A DNA stretch of 64,000 bases from Thermoanaerobaculia bacterium. GTDB taxonomy: Bacteria; Acidobacteriota; Thermoanaerobaculia; Multivoradales; Multivoraceae. Where the stretch lies: assembly GCA_022826745.1 (NCBI GenBank), contig JAJDUI010000012.1, forward strand, positions 69,378 through 133,377. The letters are read 5' to 3'. Positions 7,495-15,587 of this stretch are shown piece after piece; positions within the stretch are counted from its first letter, which is position 1, and each line of letters opens with the position of its first letter. The notes beneath the pieces were generated by a model. That model saw nothing but the letters and a program-made list of their open reading frames with translations. It was not told where the DNA came from and ran no database searches. Position numbers and translations under genes: made by a program.

Positions 7495-9021
7495 TCATCG
7501 GTTCCAGGCGCTCACGGTGAACCTGAGCTCGCCCTCGATTCCGGGTCGCACGTTTCGACCGCTCCCGAATGGAATCTCCCCGATCTGGCTGTCTTCCTCC
7601 GGAGACTCACGCAACGAGAGTGCACGAGCTGTCCGGTTTGGCGTCCTGCGATCCCATCCGTAGTGCAGGACCGAGCCACGGCCGTCCGTATTCCGCGTGA
7701 CCTCGAGGTTCACCTTATCCGCGAACAGTACGCCCCCTTCGTAGTGATCGGCGCGGAAGCTGTCGTCGCCCTCGTACTCAGGCACCCGAACACCGATGCG
7801 AAGAGCAAAGCCCAAGGACCTGCGGCGCCGGTTGACTCGTCCGCTATCCATGACGAACGCCGTGAGCAGCTTGATCGGCCGATGGAGATCACGGTTCGTC
7901 CGGCGCACGGCCGAGCGCTCTCGATAGGTCCGTCGACTGAGCTGAACCGGAACACCCCGCACACTGAACACCGCGTCGATGTAGTACGAAGCGCAAACAT
8001 CGACTCCCTTTCCGGCAGCCCGAGACACCCTGGGTGGGAGCGTCACGTCCACTTCCGTCATCTCGACCAGCACCCGCCAGTCTCCGAAGAGGAACCGGCG
8101 CAGGTTCTGGTAGCCGGATTCCGAATTGACGAGCCCATACGGGCCCGAGTGGCTTCGGTGGACGAACGCTCGGGCGGCATTGGCAACAGACGCGTTCTTG
8201 ATCTGCACGAGCCCATCACTCAGCGGTCCCACGGCTCGCCTGGAGAGGCCCTTGGCGGCTGGATAGTCACGCGCGTCGGTACCGACGAGGCAGAAGACGC
8301 GCTCCTCGGGAAACCAGCCGTCAAGCGAGTTCAGGTCCCGCCCCTGGCCCAAGTGAAGAAACTCCCGCATCCTCCTGGGCCCGAAGTTGCCTGCGTTGTT
8401 CGGATCGAGAAAGTCCCTCACGCCTTCCACCCAGCCAAGTCCACGACGAAAGTTGATTCCGCCGTGCGGCGTACCGTAGGTGAACAGCTTGTCCACGCCC
8501 TTACTCCGCCAACCGGAGCGGACCGGCCTGTTGCCCGACAGGTCGGGTATGTCTGGATTCTGCAGGTAGCACCGACAGATCAACCCGCCCATGGAGTGCG
8601 CTACAAGGTAGACGCGGAAGTGCTCAGGGTCTTCCCCCTCCTCCAGAACCGCGTTCCGCACATGAAGCAAGAACTCACGCAGCTTTCGGGCGTGGAACTC
8701 GATCTCTTTCCTTTTTCCGTCTCCGAGGTCATCGTCCGCGACGTCGTAGTAGCGGAAGATCCACACAGACCGTGAATCGATCGGCCCTTCCGGCCGAAGC
8801 TGGCCGTCGCGATAGGCATCGAGATAGCCATGGTCCTTCATCAACCTGATCAAAGGCGACTCGAACACGTGGGGCTGCACTTCGCCACTGTAGAGTTGGC
8901 GGACTCTGGTCGACCCGCGATTGAACCCCATGTAGGGAGTCGAGACGGTCTCTTCTACCTCCCCGCTGGTCATTGCGTAGCCTCGGAGATAGACGATGGG
9001 ATAGTAGGGAGCCTGAATCAT
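7495..9021 (-). CDS. alpha/beta-hydrolase, lipase/esterase-like (GxSxG), with an uncharacterised C-terminal half
   Basis: The real start is ATG at 9021 ('MIQAPYYPIVYLRGY'), which overlaps the upstream stop as ATGA; the track ORF 7495..9240 has a junk N-terminal extension. The nucleophile elbow is 'VYLVAHSMGGLICRCYL', and 'FTYGTPHGG' is typical of PGAP1/DUF676-like serine esterases. There is no signal peptide. The last ~230 aa match no motif I know. Confidence 0.7.
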   Translation of the reverse strand: MIQAPYYPIVYLRGYAMTSGEVEETVSTPYMGFNRGSTRVRQLYSGEVQPHVFESPLIRLMKDHGYLDAYRDGQLRPEGPIDSRSVWIFRYYDVADDDLGDGKRKEIEFHARKLREFLLHVRNAVLEEGEDPEHFRVYLVAHSMGGLICRCYLQNPDIPDLSGNRPVRSGWRSKGVDKLFTYGTPHGGINFRRGLGWVEGVRDFLDPNNAGNFGPRRMREFLHLGQGRDLNSLDGWFPEERVFCLVGTDARDYPAAKGLSRRAVGPLSDGLVQIKNASVANAARAFVHRSHSGPYGLVNSESGYQNLRRFLFGDWRVLVEMTEVDVTLPPRVSRAAGKGVDVCASYYIDAVFSVRGVPVQLSRRTYRERSAVRRTNRDLHRPIKLLTAFVMDSGRVNRRRRSLGFALRIGVRVPEYEGDDSFRADHYEGGVLFADKVNLEVTRNTDGRGSVLHYGWDRRTPNRTARALSLRESPEEDSQIGEIPFGSGRNVRPGIEGELRFTVSAWNR

Positions 9022-10346
9022 GAACTGGCTCCGCTGGCATACGAACTCACCTGTCGCCGCGCCTCGTCCTTCAGATGGCTCTTCCTGAACTCCGACGCAC
9101 TGCAGCCCACGTGAAGCCGGAACGAGCGGCGGAACGTCCGCTCGCCGCCGAAGCCAACCTCTCTCCCGACCCGTTCCACCGGCATGTTGCTCTGGCGCAG
9201 GAGTTCGCAGGCGCGCCGGACGCGACGAATGGTGAGCCACGCCCCGAATGTCATGCCCACGCGCTGGCGGAAAAAGCGCCCGAAGCTTGACGCTCTCATG
9301 GCCGCCACCCTGGCGGCCGTGTCAAGCCTGAGTTCCTCGCCCAGGTTCTGGTCAACGAACTCCTCCACCCGCCTAAGGCGTTCGTAGTACTGGAACGGAT
9401 CCAGGTCGCGGGCCGGAGCGGTGGCCTTGGGGCTCGCCGAGACAGGCGGAGGAACGTCGTCAGCGCTCGAAGAGCGAGCGTCTCGGAGGAGTTCGAGATC
9501 CGCATAGGCCAGGCCGTACTCCTCGATCAGTCCGCCGACGCCGACCGGGACTCTCCTGGTCCACCCAGGCGCCCACTCGACAAATGTGTGGAACTCGTCG
9601 TTCCCGCCGCCGATGTCGGCATGGGCCGGCAGTTCGGTGACGAAGGTCGCATCGAACCGTCTACCTGCCTGATCGGCGCGCAGGACGAGCGTGTCGACGG
9701 CACACACCCAAGCCACGACACCTGCCTCCAGCAAGGCCTCGACGTGCTTCCGGGAGTCCCGCCCCCAAAGGGGGAACTCCGCTTCCAGGCCCGCCCTGGC
9801 GAGCTGGTCCGAGCGCCGGTCCAGATAGGCGCCTGACGACAACTCGCCGAATGCCACGAACTCGGCGCCTTCGCGACGAAGCTCGCGCAAGCCGACCTCC
9901 GTCGCCGCCTCGTACTCCCTGGAGGGACCTTTCGAGTCAATCTCAATGAGGTGGAGGGGCAGGCCCACGGCAGCGGCCTGTCGCTCGAGCAGCTCCTGTC
10001 TGAGGCCATGAACCACCGAACGCCCGCTGCTCTGGTCGACCTGTGTCACCAGGCCGCACACATCCCAATCGGGATCAGATCGGAGCAGGTTGAGCGCCCA
10101 AACAGTGTCCTTGCCCCCCGTCCACCACTGCCAAACTCGCCGCACACGCGATGGGGTCGGTCGCGCGATCATTCGTGGAGAAATGCTAGGCAGCGTCCGC
10201 GCTACAGGGTAGGGGTCAAAGCCAGGTGGCCGGAAGTCGGCGTCCTGTGGCCGCTGCCAGAGCCGCCACGACCGTTCGATCGCTCCTCGGGAAGCGCGGA
10301 AAACCCTACCGATCGGCCGGTAAACGAACCTTGGGATAGCGCTCAT
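9018..10346 (-). CDS. PP-loop ATPase (DUF71 / Dph6-like, ATP_bind_4) fused to a C-terminal AraC-type HTH domain
   Basis: The N-terminal half carries 'WWTGGKDTVWALNLL' (SGGKDS-type PP-loop) and 'GGGNDEFHTFV' (the GEYHTFV-type C-terminal motif of the family). The C-terminal ~110 aa are a typical AraC HTH ('FGAWLTIRRVRRACELLRQSNMPVERVGREVGFGGERTFRRSFRLHVGCSASEFRK'). The start is uncertain; an alternative ATG at 10172 ('MIARPTPSRVRRVWQWWTGGKD') fits the family N-terminus better. Confidence 0.7.
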   Translation of the reverse strand: MSAIPRFVYRPIGRVFRASRGAIERSWRLWQRPQDADFRPPGFDPYPVARTLPSISPRMIARPTPSRVRRVWQWWTGGKDTVWALNLLRSDPDWDVCGLVTQVDQSSGRSVVHGLRQELLERQAAAVGLPLHLIEIDSKGPSREYEAATEVGLRELRREGAEFVAFGELSSGAYLDRRSDQLARAGLEAEFPLWGRDSRKHVEALLEAGVVAWVCAVDTLVLRADQAGRRFDATFVTELPAHADIGGGNDEFHTFVEWAPGWTRRVPVGVGGLIEEYGLAYADLELLRDARSSSADDVPPPVSASPKATAPARDLDPFQYYERLRRVEEFVDQNLGEELRLDTAARVAAMRASSFGRFFRQRVGMTFGAWLTIRRVRRACELLRQSNMPVERVGREVGFGGERTFRRSFRLHVGCSASEFRKSHLKDEARRQVSSYASGASS

Positions 10347-10425
10347 TCCGATGCACTACGCACTGCGTACAACCAGGATCAGTCGGACCGATCCGCAGCG
10401 CGAAAACGGACTAGGATGAAAGAAG

Positions 10426-11970
10426 ATGCGATCATCTCAAGCCTACATCCTGTCGGTGGTCCATGCGGTGATCGCGGGCCACCTGATCCCGGTCATCCTG
10501 CCGGCTGCCCAGACGGTCGAAGAAGAGGAGCCGCCGAACATTCTGTTCGCGATCGCTGACGACTGGGGCTTCCCGCATGCCTCCGCCTATGGCGACCCCG
10601 TCGTCGAGACGCCGTCATTCGACCGCATCGCGAGCGAGGGCGCCCTAGCCCACGACGCCTACGTCTCGTCACCCTCCTGTACGCCGTCGCGCGGAGCGAT
10701 TCTCACCGGCCAGTGGCACTGGCGGCTCGAGGGCGCCGCGAACCTGTGGAGCGTCTTCCCGGATCGATTCGAGACGTACCAGGAGTTGCTCAGGGCGGCC
10801 GGCTACCGAACGGGCATGACGGGCAAGGGTTGGGGGCCGGGACGGACAGAAACGGAGGGCCGGGAACTCGCCGGGAGGCGCTTCGAGAGCTTCGAGACGT
10901 TCCTTGCCGGGCTGGGAGAGGCTCAGCCGTTCGCGTTCTGGCTCGGAACCTCCGATCCACACCGGCCTTTCCGGCCCGGGTCGGGCGAGGAGAGCGGCAT
11001 GGACCTGGACGCGATCCGGCTTCCCGCCGCCTTTCCCGATCACCCGGACACGCGCGGCGACGTGGCCGACTACCACTGGGAGGTGCAGCGGTTCGACGCC
11101 CTGGTCGGCGACGCGCTCCGGCTGCTCGACGAGCAGGGTCTCGCGGAGACGACGATCGTCGTCATGACGAGCGACCACGGGATGCCGTTCCCCCGCTGCA
11201 AGAGCAACCTGTACGACTGCGGTTCGCGGGTGCCGCTGGCGATCCGCTGGCCCGAACGACTCGAGGCCGGCGTCGAGATCGACGCTTTCGTGAGCCTGAC
11301 GGACCTGGCGCCCACGTTCCTGGAAGCCGCGGCTCTTCCTCGACCGGAGGCGATGACCGGGCGCAGTCTGGTTGCGCTTCTCGAGGCCGGCAACGACGAG
11401 GCCGCGGTCGAGACGGTGGTCGAAGTCGACGGACGCGACTTCGTGCTGACCGGCAAGGAGCGGCACGTACCGGCACAGGAGGCGCCCGACGTGGGCGGCT
11501 ACCCCGGCCGGGCCATCCGCACCCATGACTTCCTCTACATCCGCAACTTCCGGCCCGACCGCTGGCCCAACGGCACGCCGAACCACGAGCAGGCCGCCTA
11601 CTCCGGCGCCTGGTACGCGGACACGGACAACGGGCCGACGAAGACCTACATGATCGAACACCGCGACCGGGACGCGGAGCACCGGCGGCTCTACGACCTG
11701 TCCTTCGCCAAGCGGCCCGCGGTCGAGCTCTACGACCTGCGGAGCGATCCGGACCAGCAGGTCAACGTCGCCGGCGACCCGGAGTACGAGGCGACCCGGG
11801 ACGAGCTCGGCGAGCGACTGATGGAGCGACTGCGGGCGACCGGCGACCCGCGCGCCACCGGCGACGGCGACGTCTTCGACCAGTACCCGTACCTGGGCGG
11901 CGCGCCGCGCCACCCGAGCCTGCCGCGGTCGCCGCCGGGAACACTCCGGCCTCCCGCTGACCAGCCGTGA
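10426..11970 (+). CDS. sulfatase (formylglycine-dependent, N-sulfoglucosamine sulfohydrolase-like)
   Basis: 514-aa ORF with 'PNILFAIADDWGFPHASAYG' and the C-x-P-x-R maturation motif 'SPSCTPSRGAILTG'. The N-terminus is hydrophobic. Confidence 0.85.
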   Translation: MRSSQAYILSVVHAVIAGHLIPVILPAAQTVEEEEPPNILFAIADDWGFPHASAYGDPVVETPSFDRIASEGALAHDAYVSSPSCTPSRGAILTGQWHWRLEGAANLWSVFPDRFETYQELLRAAGYRTGMTGKGWGPGRTETEGRELAGRRFESFETFLAGLGEAQPFAFWLGTSDPHRPFRPGSGEESGMDLDAIRLPAAFPDHPDTRGDVADYHWEVQRFDALVGDALRLLDEQGLAETTIVVMTSDHGMPFPRCKSNLYDCGSRVPLAIRWPERLEAGVEIDAFVSLTDLAPTFLEAAALPRPEAMTGRSLVALLEAGNDEAAVETVVEVDGRDFVLTGKERHVPAQEAPDVGGYPGRAIRTHDFLYIRNFRPDRWPNGTPNHEQAAYSGAWYADTDNGPTKTYMIEHRDRDAEHRRLYDLSFAKRPAVELYDLRSDPDQQVNVAGDPEYEATRDELGERLMERLRATGDPRATGDGDVFDQYPYLGGAPRHPSLPRSPPGTLRPPADQP

Positions 11971-11998
11971 AGCGGCTGGGCAGGCGGCGGTAGTCCGA

Positions 11999-12766
11999 AT
12001 GCGTCAACGGCGGCTGATCGGGATCGTCGGCGGCCTCGGGCCGTTCGCCCACATCGACTTCGAGCGGAAGCTCCTGGCCGCCGCGAGCGAACTGGTCGGC
12101 GCCCGGCGCGACCAGGACTTCCCTCAATGGGTGCTGTCGAGCATCCCGCAGACACCGGACCGGACGGAGGCGTTCTTCGGCGAAGCGGAGGATCCGACGC
12201 CGTCGTTGAGTCGGAGCCTGGAGCGGTTGCGAGGCGCCGGGGCCGACTTCGCGGTCGTCGCCTGCAACACGGCGCATCTGTTCCTGGAGCGGCTGCGGGA
12301 CGAGAGTCCCCTGCCGATCATCAGCCTGATCGAGACGACGGCGGACGAGGCGGCGCGCATCGCGCCGGGAGGATCGGTGGGATTGCTTGCCACGTCCGGA
12401 ACGCTCCGCTCGCGGCTGTACCACGATCCTCTGGAAGCTCGCGGGCTGCGGGCGGTGAGCCCGCTTGGCTTCGACGACGGCGAGGAGTTGCAGCTTCGCT
12501 GCGTGATGGAACCGATCTACGGGCCCTGGACCGACGGACGACACCAGGGCGGTGGGATCAAGACGGATGGAGGGTCGGCGCGGGCGCGGGCGCTGCTGGA
12601 GCAGGCGGCGGGGCGGTTGGTCACGGAGGGCGGCGCCGACGTCCTCGTGGCGGGGTGCACGGAGATTCCACTGGCGCTTGAAGGGCCAGAGGTCGCGGGG
12701 CGGCCGTTGCTGGATCCGGCGGCGTTGCTGGCTGGGGCGGCGATCAGACGCGCGTACGACCTCTGA
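11999..12766 (+). CDS. aspartate/glutamate racemase family protein
   Basis: 255-aa ORF with 'IGIVGGLGP' and the two catalytic-Cys motifs 'VVACNTAH' and 'VAGCTEIP'. Confidence 0.85.
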   Translation: MRQRRLIGIVGGLGPFAHIDFERKLLAAASELVGARRDQDFPQWVLSSIPQTPDRTEAFFGEAEDPTPSLSRSLERLRGAGADFAVVACNTAHLFLERLRDESPLPIISLIETTADEAARIAPGGSVGLLATSGTLRSRLYHDPLEARGLRAVSPLGFDDGEELQLRCVMEPIYGPWTDGRHQGGGIKTDGGSARARALLEQAAGRLVTEGGADVLVAGCTEIPLALEGPEVAGRPLLDPAALLAGAAIRRAYDL

Positions 12767-12843
12767 CGCATCCAGTTCGGGCTCGCCGCTTCGCGGCATC
12801 GCGCCTGATGCGGGTCAGAGGACCCGCGCACCCAGCAGAAGCG

Positions 12844-12878
12844 GAACCGCCGGCGGCCTTGCGGCGCGCCGGCGGTTC
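12844..12878. terminator. strong hairpin between convergent genes (bidirectional terminator candidate)
   Basis: Perfect 12-bp inverted repeat GAACCGCCGGCG (12844-12855) / CGCCGGCGGTTC (12867-12878) with an 11-nt loop. It sits between the stops at 12766 (+) and 12906 (-). There is no clear U-tract. Confidence 0.5.
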
Positions 12879-12905
12879 GCTTGAGCGGACTGACAGGAGG
12901 CCTGA

Positions 12906-14384
12906 TCAGCCGCCGGCGGCGCCGGCAGCGGCGGCTTCAGCCTGCTCGCGCTGCTCGGCCATCTGCTCGAGGAAGGCGTTGGCGGCCTTCGCCTCCTCCA
13001 TGTCGACGGCGCCGTCCTTGTTCTGGTCCATCATCTCGAAGTACTGCTTGACTCCGCCGGGGGCTTCGTCGAGCTGCATCTTGCCGTCGCGGCTCTCGTC
13101 CGAGAACGCGACGACCGCCGTCAGGTCGAGGCCGTCGCCACCCTGGAAGGCGCCTCGGCCCTTGTTCTCCTCGTTGATGTAGGACATGAAGCCGAAGCTC
13201 ATCTCGTCGGTCGTCGGCTCGCCCCAACGCACGGTCTCGGTGGGATCCGGATTGGCCGGGTTGTCCTCCGAGTTGTCGAACACCGTGGTCAGAACGACCC
13301 GGGTACCTTCCGGCACCTTCTTGCGGTCCTTGTACTTGTAGGTGGTCTGCCAGTTGAAGTCGTAGTTCGGCACGTCGAGCAGGACTTCGTGGCTGCCGTC
13401 CGGGTAGTAGGCCTCGTACTTCGCCGCCTTGCCGCGCAGGTGCATGTGCGGCAGGTAACCGACGATCTCCGAGTCCGAGGGGAAGGTCCACTCGGTCTGG
13501 ATCGTGTAGTCCGACTCGCCCGGCGGCACGGCGAAGTCGTACTTGCCCATGTCCGCGTTGAAGACCTCGTACTTCACTTCCTCGTCCTTGCCGTAGAACT
13601 TGAGCGCCACGGAGGACTGATCCCAGGAGCCGGTGCCGGGGCCTGGCTCCTTGTGGTAGTGCATCTGCCAGCTCAGGTTGCGTCCCGCCTTCAGCACGTC
13701 GGCCATGCCGTCCTCGTGGATCACCGGGTCGTTGCCGGGAGCGATGCCGCCAAGACCGGGGACGATGATGTGGTGGACCGCCGGGCTGCCGGGCCGGAAC
13801 TCGATCGCCTTGACGAAGCGATCCTCGGGGATCATCTCTTCGGTGACGGTCGTCTGGAAGTAGATGTAGAGATCCTCGACGTCGTCCTCGACGAAGTAGG
13901 GCTCATCGAACTGGAGGACGAGATCCGGCTCGCCGATCAGCCAGCCGTCGCTGCTCGGCCAGTCGATCGGGGCCGGGGCGTCCGCGGGATCACCGGCCGG
14001 GGCACCGGACTCGGCCCAGCGGACCAGCAGATCGATCTCCTCCTGGGTCAGCGTGCGCTCGTTGGCGAAGACGCCGTTGTGCTCCGGCGCGGCATCCCAC
14101 GGAGGCATCGCGCGCGAAGCGACCTGGCGAGCGATCGAGCGGGCCCAGGGCCGCGTCTCTTCGTAGGTCGTCAGCGCCATCGGCGCGACCATGCCGCCGA
14201 GGTTGGCGCCGTTGGGACGGTGGCAGACCTGGCATTCCTGCTGCAGCACGGCCGCCACGTCGCCATAGAAGGTGATCGGTTCGGGGTCGACCGCTGCCGC
14301 CGAGGCGGCACCGGCAAGCGCCAGCGAGGCGAGGGCGCCGAGGGCGACCAGTCGGGTCACGGATGAGATCTGGGGACGGTTCAT
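12906..14384 (-). CDS. secreted heme-c (CxxCH) protein with a copper type II ascorbate-dependent monooxygenase-like domain and a C-terminal EF-hand
   Basis: Signal peptide 'LVALGALASLALAGAASA'. 'CQVCH' is a heme-c site. The His/Met pattern 'VHHIIV', 'QMHYH', 'HMHLRG' and 'DEMSFGFM' matches PHM/DBH-type CuH/CuM ligands. 'DQNKDGAVDMEE' is an EF-hand loop. Confidence 0.7.
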   Translation of the reverse strand: MNRPQISSVTRLVALGALASLALAGAASAAAVDPEPITFYGDVAAVLQQECQVCHRPNGANLGGMVAPMALTTYEETRPWARSIARQVASRAMPPWDAAPEHNGVFANERTLTQEEIDLLVRWAESGAPAGDPADAPAPIDWPSSDGWLIGEPDLVLQFDEPYFVEDDVEDLYIYFQTTVTEEMIPEDRFVKAIEFRPGSPAVHHIIVPGLGGIAPGNDPVIHEDGMADVLKAGRNLSWQMHYHKEPGPGTGSWDQSSVALKFYGKDEEVKYEVFNADMGKYDFAVPPGESDYTIQTEWTFPSDSEIVGYLPHMHLRGKAAKYEAYYPDGSHEVLLDVPNYDFNWQTTYKYKDRKKVPEGTRVVLTTVFDNSEDNPANPDPTETVRWGEPTTDEMSFGFMSYINEENKGRGAFQGGDGLDLTAVVAFSDESRDGKMQLDEAPGGVKQYFEMMDQNKDGAVDMEEAKAANAFLEQMAEQREQAEAAAAGAAGG

Positions 14385-14600
14385 TCGAGGTCTCCGCGAG
14401 GTGTGGTGTCCAGCGTTCTTGACGGGCGCAACGCTCCCGCTCTGCGCGACATACTATACGACTACTCAGTTTACGCGGGTGAACGCGATCGGGTTTCGCC
14501 GAACCGGCAACCGATACCGTAGGCGTTGCGCGATAACCGGTAGGCGCGAGTAAACCAAGCCCCGCCGACAACCGTATAGACACCCGAGGAGGAGAGCATC

Positions 14601-15587
14601 GTGAGCACGACTGTCGACGTGCAGGGTCTTCGGCATGTCTACAAGGGCGGCACCGTCGCCCTCGACGGGGTCGATCTGACGATCGGCGCGGGCCTGTTCG
14701 GTCTGCTCGGCCCGAACGGCGCCGGCAAGAGCACGCTGATGCGGATCGTCTGCACCCTGCTCAAGCCGTCCACCGGCATCGTGACCGTCTTCGGCCACGA
14801 CGCGGTCAAGGAGCGCCGCGCCGTCCGCGCCCACCTGGGCTACCTGCCGCAGGAGTTCGGCGCCTGGCGCCTGCACCGGGTGGAAGAGGTGCTCGACACC
14901 CTCGCCGATCTCTCCGGTCTGGACGATCGCGCCGCGCGGCGCGATCGCGTCGATACCGTGCTCGACAACGTCGGCCTGGGCGATGTCGCCCATCGCAAGG
15001 TGAAGAAGCTCTCCGGCGGCATGAGGCGCCGCCTGGGCATCGCGCAGGCCCTGATTCACCAGCCCCGCCTGCTCGTGGTCGACGAACCGACCGTCGGCCT
15101 CGACCCGGAGGAGCGCATCCGGTTCCGCCAGTTGATGGCGACCCTGGGGCGCGAGCGGACGATCATCCTCTCGACCCACATCGTCGCCGACCTGGGAACC
15201 GGCTGCAATGACCTCGCCCTTCTCGACGCCGGCAAGATCGTCTTCCGCGGCTCGCCGACACAATTGCTCGAACGGGCCGAGGGCCAGGTCTTCGAACTCG
15301 CCCTGCCGCTCTCCGCGCCGCAGCCCGAGGGCGACTTCGAGATCGTCTCGCGCACCGACAGCCTGAACGGGGCGACGTACCGCGCCGTCGCCGCGCCGGG
15401 CGGCGTTCCGGAAGGCGCCCGAATCGCCGCCTCGCCGACGCTGGAGGAGGGCTACCTCGCCTTCATGGTCGCGCGCGGCCGCGCCGACGCCATCGTGAGC
15501 GACGAGCACTTCGGGGAGCACGACGAGATCGACCTCGCCGAAGTCCCGGCCGCGGCGGACGCCACCGGAGAGGAGGCACGACCTTGA
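14601..15587 (+). CDS. ABC transporter ATP-binding protein (ABC-2 type)
   Basis: GTG start preceded by GAGGAGGAG. Walker A 'GPNGAGKST', signature 'LSGGMRRRL', Walker B 'LLVVDEPTVGLD', H-loop 'ILSTHIV'. Confidence 0.9.
   Translation: MSTTVDVQGLRHVYKGGTVALDGVDLTIGAGLFGLLGPNGAGKSTLMRIVCTLLKPSTGIVTVFGHDAVKERRAVRAHLGYLPQEFGAWRLHRVEEVLDTLADLSGLDDRAARRDRVDTVLDNVGLGDVAHRKVKKLSGGMRRRLGIAQALIHQPRLLVVDEPTVGLDPEERIRFRQLMATLGRERTIILSTHIVADLGTGCNDLALLDAGKIVFRGSPTQLLERAEGQVFELALPLSAPQPEGDFEIVSRTDSLNGATYRAVAAPGGVPEGARIAASPTLEEGYLAFMVARGRADAIVSDEHFGEHDEIDLAEVPAAADATGEEARP

Noticed and set aside
14419-14457. TTGACG ... TACTAT as a sigma-70 promoter for the export operon in the divergent intergenic region 14385-14600.
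   Set aside because: The two hexamers are 27 nt apart, far from the ~17-nt optimum. The hexamer at the proper -35 distance (CAACGC) is poor. The promoter cannot be placed from sequence alone.
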